In this document: piece by piece, positions 16,342 to 21,363 of the stretch | How positions within the stretch are numbered: the first letter of the stretch is position 1 | Layout: each line of letters begins with the position of its first letter | Source of the DNA: Planctomycetota bacterium | Lineage (GTDB): Bacteria > Planctomycetota > GCA-002687715 > DRQF01 | Reading direction: 5' to 3' | NCBI GenBank assembly: GCA_036479435.1 | Contig: JAZGFI010000062.1 | Coordinates: forward strand, 1 to 21,363 | DNA length: 21,363 bases | Notes under the pieces: generated by a model | Databases searched by the model: none | Told to the model about the DNA's origin: nothing | What the model saw: only the letters and a program-made list of their open reading frames with translations | Program-made: the position numbers and the translations under genes

Positions 16342-17190
16342 TCACTCTCCCCTAAACTCGGGGCGACGCTTTTCGTTGAAGGCCAACATCCCTTCCTTCG
16401 CGTCGTGGCTTTGGAACAACTGTTGTTGAAGCTCGCGCTCGAAAGCCAGGCTTGGTTCGAATGCCATTTCGGAACCGCTCACACAGGCCCTCTTGATCAG
16501 GCCCACAGCTTTTGAGGCTTTCTGCGGCGAGACGAACTGCTGCGCGCGCTCCAGGACTCTGTCGAGGAATCCGGCGCGGTGGTCGGCGCCCTGCGTTTCG
16601 GTCCCGCCATTGCCCTCGTCGCCCGACCCCACGCCGCAGTCGATCAAGTCGTCGATCAAGCCCGCCTCCTTAGCGGCGGCGAAATTCATATTGTCACCAC
16701 TGATCATCAGTTTCAGCGCCTTCGACCGGCCGACGAGCCGCAGCAGTCGCTGGGTTCCTCCGGTGCCGGGTAAGACCCCCAGATGGACCTCCGGCAGACC
16801 GCATTTACCACCGTGCTCTTTGGCCCAGCGCAGGTCGCAGGCGAGGGCAATCTCCAAGCCACCGCCGACACAATGACCATTCAACGCTGCAATCGTGAGT
16901 TTTGGCGTTTGCTCGAGACGACTCAGAGTCTCGTTTGCGTGCAGGCAAAAGTAGTATTTGAAGGCGGGGTCAACCTCCTGAAGCATCTGAATGTCGGCGC
17001 CGGCGCAAAAGAACTTGTCTCCGTCGCCGGTCACCACGATGACCTCGACCTCGGTGTCGAACCGAGCCTTCAAGATGGCTTCGTCTAAAGCCAACATCAT
17101 TTCGTGGGTGTAAGCGTTAGCCGGCGGATCGCTCAGCGTCAGGACGGCGATCTTTTCGTGGATTTCGTAACGAACAAGTTTTTGGGACAT
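16342..17190 (-). CDS. Enoyl-CoA hydratase/isomerase family protein
   Basis: Motifs FFCAGADI, NGHCVGGGLEIALACD, GLPEVHLGVLPGTGGTQRL and EKRRPEFRG. Confidence 0.93.
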   Translation of the reverse strand: MSQKLVRYEIHEKIAVLTLSDPPANAYTHEMMLALDEAILKARFDTEVEVIVVTGDGDKFFCAGADIQMLQEVDPAFKYYFCLHANETLSRLEQTPKLTIAALNGHCVGGGLEIALACDLRWAKEHGGKCGLPEVHLGVLPGTGGTQRLLRLVGRSKALKLMISGDNMNFAAAKEAGLIDDLIDCGVGSGDEGNGGTETQGADHRAGFLDRVLERAQQFVSPQKASKAVGLIKRACVSGSEMAFEPSLAFERELQQQLFQSHDAKEGMLAFNEKRRPEFRGE

Positions 17191-17336
17191 GGCGAGGAAG
17201 CTCCCTGGTGTCGGCCGCGATTCTAACGAGGGTTAGCGCAGCGCCCGAGGGAGGAATCGCAGAGATTGCGGCGATTGGGATCAAAACGGCAAGTAAACCG
17301 TGGAACGGCGACCGAAGCGACGGGCGGCGCCGGAAA

Positions 17337-17735
17337 CTACATGATCGAAACGATCGGAATCTCCTCGTGCTGATCCAAACGGAGGAGGCGGGAGTGCTCA
17401 GTCGCGGCAATAGCGGTAGCACCATTTGCAACCGACATACGCAAGAGCGACGCCCGAGGATCAAAAGGCCCCGATGCGGGTCCCTCGTCGTCTTTGACGA
17501 CAATCGCGCAGTCGCGAACAAAGCGGCACACTTCGCGCGCTCCCGCTGGCGAAAAGCCCAGTCCGTCTTGAAGAACTTGGCTCAGCTCCAGCAACATGCT
17601 TTCGCAGGTCATGAGCTTGATGCTCTGTGATACTGCCATCTTGACCAGCTCTTCGGCGGGGCCGCCGTATAGCAGGCCCTCGATCCAAATGCCGGTGTCA
17701 ACGGCAATAAGCTCGGTTGAGGATTCTGTGCTCAT
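17337..17735 (-). CDS. PIN-domain protein (VapC-like/TIGR00305 type), degenerate active site
   Basis: IAVDTGIWIEGLLYGGP...MLLELSQVL...FDPRASLL...NGATAIAATEHSRLL follows the PIN layout. It lies directly downstream of an RHH gene. Confidence 0.72.
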   Translation of the reverse strand: MSTESSTELIAVDTGIWIEGLLYGGPAEELVKMAVSQSIKLMTCESMLLELSQVLQDGLGFSPAGAREVCRFVRDCAIVVKDDEGPASGPFDPRASLLRMSVANGATAIAATEHSRLLRLDQHEEIPIVSIM

Positions 17736-17762
17736 GCGCGATGAAGTTCCTGGTGGCCGGAT

Positions 17763-18005
17763 TTAGACCGCGATCTCTTCGATGATTTTCTCGACGTCGA
17801 TGTGGCCCGTGCCTGCGGCCGAGCCCTTGGCGGCGCTGTACTCGCGCAGCGCGTGCCAGCGCCGCATCTTCAAGTACTGACGAAGCGCTTCACGATAAAG
17901 CTCACTGCGGTTGCGATGCTCGTGGTCGCATACCTGGTCAAGCTCTTGAACGAGTTTCAAGGGAATCGAAACGCTGACGATTTTGATGTCCTGAGCCATC
18001 CTCAC
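17763..18005 (-). CDS. CopG/ribbon-helix-helix DNA-binding protein (antitoxin-like)
   Basis: IVSVSIPLKLVQELDQVCDHEHRNRSELYREALRQYL is an RHH signature. Start is GTG 18005 (GGAG RBS) or ATG 17999. Confidence 0.88.
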   Translation of the reverse strand: MRMAQDIKIVSVSIPLKLVQELDQVCDHEHRNRSELYREALRQYLKMRRWHALREYSAAKGSAAGTGHIDVEKIIEEIAV

Positions 18006-18451
18006 GACTTCTCCGACTTAGGGTCGATGAACACGGGCGGCCGCAATTTAGAAAGCACCGGCCTATTACCTGAGATAATGCCCAGTTGGCAAAGGCAAGA
18101 TCGGCGCTTCCAAGTGACCGGGCCCGTGTGTGAAGAGGCCCGAGACTCATGCGGAAGGCCTCTTCTTTAATGAACCCTGTGAAAGCCGTCAACGTCTGAG
18201 CGAGCATTTCTGGAGTGGCCGACGGTGGCGGCTTCGCCCCGTGACATTTCGCAGCACAGCAGACGCCGAATCCGGGATGTGATGGCCGATTGAGCGCCGT
18301 CACGAATTTGGGTGGCGGGCTTGGGCATCGCCAAATTTTTGCCACAACTTCGCTGAGAGCTTTGCGATTTTTGCCCTTGAAATGATCGCGAAAAAAATTG
18401 CAATGTTGGCATCGCTCGACACCCATCCTGGCGCCAGAAAGGAACATTGAC

Positions 18452-19138
18452 TTGTCAATCAGACCTGATTCCTGTCTCGTGTTGATGGCCAAGACGCCGC
18501 AACCGGGATTCGTAAAGACGAGACTCGTGCCGCCCTTGAACTCGGAACAAGCCGCGACCCTCTACGACGCGATGCTGCGCGACAGTTTAGATGCGTCCTA
18601 CGCGCCGCAACTTTGGCAACTCGTGATCGCGTTTTGGCCAGAGGAACATCGTGGATTTTTCGAAGGCCTCATCGGCGATCGTGACGTTGAATTGTTGCAA
18701 CAAAAAGGTTGCGACTTGCCGGCTCGAATGAGCGGAGTGTTCCAGACTTTGACGCAGCGATTCGAACGCGTCGTGATGCGCAACACGGACAGCCCTCAGC
18801 TTTCAACGGAACAGTTAGCGAAAGCCTTGGCGACACTTTGCGACCGCGATGATCTTGTATTCGGGCCCGACCAGGGTGGCGGCTACTATTTGGTCGGAAT
18901 GAGCGAGTTCAAAGACACACTGTTCGACGCCCAAGCATCCACAGATTCCAACTACGATGAAACTTTAAGCCGGGCCCAAGACATCGGATACCGACCGCAC
19001 GAACTCGGGGCCGAACTCGACGTGGATCACATTCGCGACCTGAACGCGCTCGCTGAAAAGTTAAGATTGGGCAAGCTTTCTGCGTCAAGTTGTCACGCGA
19101 CGCGAGAATACTTGCGAAAGTTGGGGCGGCTCAGCTAG
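18452..19138 (+). CDS. DUF2064 / TIGR04282-family (rSAM/selenodomain-associated, CofC-like) transferase
   Basis: Start reassigned to TTG 18452 (GAAAGGA RBS). Motifs MAKTPQPGFVKTRL, QKGCDLPARM, TDSP, LVFGP..GGYYLVG and DVDHIRDL. Confidence 0.88.
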   Translation: MSIRPDSCLVLMAKTPQPGFVKTRLVPPLNSEQAATLYDAMLRDSLDASYAPQLWQLVIAFWPEEHRGFFEGLIGDRDVELLQQKGCDLPARMSGVFQTLTQRFERVVMRNTDSPQLSTEQLAKALATLCDRDDLVFGPDQGGGYYLVGMSEFKDTLFDAQASTDSNYDETLSRAQDIGYRPHELGAELDVDHIRDLNALAEKLRLGKLSASSCHATREYLRKLGRLS

Positions 19139-19622
19139 CGAGGATGTCGAAGCGAACGCGGTAGCCAAACAGCAAGATCTCAGCGACGAGCACCAGCAAC
19201 ACCATCGAATTGAGGGTCACACTGAGTTGGTGGGCGCGATTGTAGGCTTCGCGAATGGCGACATTGTCGTGCGTGCCAGCTGAACTTGCCGCGGAATGGC
19301 GCAACTTGCGCACGCGCGGCATCACGACCTTGCCCGCGTACAAAGACACCGAAGTCGCCACGAGCGCCAAGATCCAGATCGTCCACACCAGCCCGAGCTT
19401 CAGATCGCGAATCAAGGGTACCAGCCCCGCGATCAGCATGGTCAATCCGCAAAGGTAGCCGAGATTGTAGTAGCGGGGAAAAATGACCGAGATGAGGTCG
19501 GCAGCTTGATTCCTGGGCAATCGCTCGAAAATCACCGGGGCGGTAAAAAACGAGAAGAAGACCACGCCACCGAGCCAAACGCCCAACGCCATCAGGAAGA
19601 TCGTATTACTGAAGGCTTCCAT
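19131..19622 (-). CDS. DUF4149/TMEM205-like membrane protein
   Basis: Start probably ATG 19622. Motifs VWLGGVVFFSFFTAPVIFERL, IFPRYY, VVMPRV and YNRAHQLSVTLN. Four TM helices. Confidence 0.88.
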   Translation of the reverse strand: MEAFSNTIFLMALGVWLGGVVFFSFFTAPVIFERLPRNQAADLISVIFPRYYNLGYLCGLTMLIAGLVPLIRDLKLGLVWTIWILALVATSVSLYAGKVVMPRVRKLRHSAASSAGTHDNVAIREAYNRAHQLSVTLNSMVLLVLVAEILLFGYRVRFDILAS

Positions 19623-19743
19623 TGCCAGGACCCGGTCCTTCCGCTCTTCTAAGTCACTATCGTTGCGCCTAAGCCTAAGCTTATCATCAGGCGCTGATTT
19701 TTGCCGTGCAAACAAGCATCATTGAGCGGGCGCCGCTCATTAA

Positions 19744-21252
19744 TCAGTACAAACGGGCGGCCTTTTCGATCCAGGCCAAGGCCGGCTCGACACCGATTCC
19801 CAAAAACGCCATCCCGCTGCCGTACAAGACGCACAAAGCCAGCAGAAAGGCGACGAGAACCGAAACCGCCGCTCGGGGCCGTTCTCGGACGAGAATAGTT
19901 CCGGGGCGATCCGCCGCAACCGGCGCGGCGAATCTAATTGAGACGGCGAGCGCGGCGTAGAGGCCCACGACACCGGCCACAATACCAAGGATGGCCAAAA
20001 GCATAAACGACTCATCAGCTTGTTGACGACTCGTTTCAATCGCGGCGCGAATCTCCAACAAGCGTCCCAAAAAGCCGACGGTGCCGGGAAGCCCGGCCAG
20101 ACTGGCCGCAAAAAGGGCGAAGGCACCGGCGAGGTAGGGGTGGCGCTTGCCGATGGCCGCCAAGTCCTCGCGAACCACGGGACGTCGCAACTCCGCCTCC
20201 ATCACCGCCAAGGCCGTGAAGGCGCCCAAGACTGCGATGGCATGAGCGAGCAAGGTCACCAACAGGGCCTCGACGGCCGTTTGACAATTCGCCCCCTGAC
20301 GCATGGAAGCGACCGCGACCAACAAGTGCCCTACTTGGGCCACGGTCAGATACCCCAAAAGTCGGCGCAAGTCGTTCTGGGCGAGCGCACCCAAACTACC
20401 GGTAGCAAGCGTGACGGCGGCGAGCCACCACAAGAACTCGCGAACGTTCTCAGCATCACCGAGGTTCAGCTCGAACAACAAACGCGTAAACAAAATCCCG
20501 CCCAAGCACAGACCTACGACCCCACGATATGCCGACACCGGAATCGGCGAGCCTTGCAGCACATCCGGCAACCAAAAATGGAACGGGACAGCACCCAGCG
20601 CGATGGCAAAACCCGCGACGACAAAGCCGACGCCTAGCACGGCAAGGGAGTTCATCGTTCCACTGACGGCCGCCTCGCCGAGGTCGGCCAACTCCAAGGA
20701 ACCGCAGGCACCGAAAACGAGCGCCGCGCCGAAGAGCAACAGGCAAGTGCCAAATGAACCCATCAACAAAGACTTCGTCGCGGCCTCCAAGGACAGAACG
20801 CGCTGCCGATAAAATCCGGTCAAGGTGTGAGCGCAAATGCCGAAGATCTCGAGCCCCAGGGCAATCACCAATAGGTTTCTGCTTTGAAGCGCGACCAAGG
20901 CGCCCAGGACAGAAAGCAGCAGCAAGACTTCGAACTCTGGCCGCCGCCGGCGCCGCCGATCGAGATCGTCGACCCCTACAACCAAGGCGACGCCTGCGGA
21001 TGCAAACACCAAGGCACCCGCGAACAAACCCAAGGGGTCCGCTTGGAGCAATCCCGCGCCCAGATCCGAAACGGAACCGGTCTGCCAAAGCCACGCGAGC
21101 TGTACAAAACCCATGGACAAACCGCCGACGGCGATCACAAACGAACCCCCGTAGCCACGTTCGGGGCTCCGGCGACGTCGCAGCATGAGCAACAAGACCG
21201 CCACGACCGGCCAAAGCATGGGAGCTAAGGCTCGAAAATCAGCCCAAGTCAT
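19744..21252 (-). CDS. nuoN: NADH-quinone oxidoreductase subunit N-like antiporter subunit (divergent)
   Basis: About 14 TM helices. Motifs ALGLE, SLEAATK, VPFHFWLPDVLQGSP, ALAQNDLRRLLGY and SLAGLPGTVGF. Follows a NuoM-like C-terminus. Confidence 0.88.
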   Translation of the reverse strand: MTWADFRALAPMLWPVVAVLLLMLRRRRSPERGYGGSFVIAVGGLSMGFVQLAWLWQTGSVSDLGAGLLQADPLGLFAGALVFASAGVALVVGVDDLDRRRRRRPEFEVLLLLSVLGALVALQSRNLLVIALGLEIFGICAHTLTGFYRQRVLSLEAATKSLLMGSFGTCLLLFGAALVFGACGSLELADLGEAAVSGTMNSLAVLGVGFVVAGFAIALGAVPFHFWLPDVLQGSPIPVSAYRGVVGLCLGGILFTRLLFELNLGDAENVREFLWWLAAVTLATGSLGALAQNDLRRLLGYLTVAQVGHLLVAVASMRQGANCQTAVEALLVTLLAHAIAVLGAFTALAVMEAELRRPVVREDLAAIGKRHPYLAGAFALFAASLAGLPGTVGFLGRLLEIRAAIETSRQQADESFMLLAILGIVAGVVGLYAALAVSIRFAAPVAADRPGTILVRERPRAAVSVLVAFLLALCVLYGSGMAFLGIGVEPALAWIEKAARLY

Positions 21253-21255
21253 CGG

Positions 21256-21363
21256 CTAGCCCCCCATTCCTTTCGCCACGGCCGGGACCCAGGCTTCAAG
21301 CCCAAGTTCAATCCGCTGCAATAACCAAAATGGGAACAGGCCCGCCGCGAGGTTCAGGACCAG
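21256..21363 (-). CDS. nuoM: C-terminal fragment of a NuoM-like subunit (LVLNLAAGLFPFWLLQRIELGLEAWVPAVAKGMGG*)
   Basis: Open frame from the window edge to TAG at 21256-21258, 3 nt before the nuoN start. The GLFP helix-end motif is typical of the last NuoM helix. Confidence 0.6.
   Translation of the reverse strand: MVLNLAAGLFPFWLLQRIELGLEAWVPAVAKGMGG

Noticed and set aside
17938..18492. 184-aa minus-strand ORF across the long intergenic region
   Set aside because: It overlaps both flanking genes, has no recognisable domain, and has atypical composition.
2212..21228. Many long antisense or alternate-frame ORFs (e.g. 2212-2874, 4266-4958, 9708-10412, 14878-15618, 15615-16355, 20020-20637, 20456-21214)
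   Set aside because: They are shadow ORFs expected from high-GC codon bias on or opposite well-supported genes, with no motifs or RBS.
1..21363. CRISPR array, IS transposase or prophage genes
   Set aside because: I saw no regularly spaced direct repeats and no transposase, integrase or phage structural motifs.

Overview
High-GC bacterial window, tentatively Planctomycetota-like (inferred from the ECF/LRR pair and gene content; not verified). It begins with the 3' end of a group II intron (domains V-VI), a hairpin and a tRNA-Trp(CCA) with its terminator, then a secreted hypothetical protein. A + strand operon follows: AhpD/CMD-like peroxidase, kynureninase-like PLP enzyme, kynB and a RidA-family gene. 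The main finding is that the AhpD-like gene is missed by the ORF track because it has an in-frame TGA in a CxxU motif followed by a bacterial SECIS-like hairpin. It is therefore a probable selenoprotein heading a tryptophan/kynurenine catabolic operon. Next come an ECF sigma factor with a membrane-anchored LRR anti-sigma candidate and two minus-strand CoA-thioester catabolic operons (SDR-ECH-ACAD-PaaK-like ligase-small protein; ECH-MDR-ECH-3-hydroxyacyl-CoA dehydrogenase). The rest holds TPR and HAD-like genes, a CopG/PIN pair with a degenerate PIN site, a DUF2064/TIGR04282 transferase, a DUF4149 protein and the end of a nuo cluster whose NuoN lacks the conserved proton-pumping lysines. All family calls come from motif recognition by eye, not database searches.
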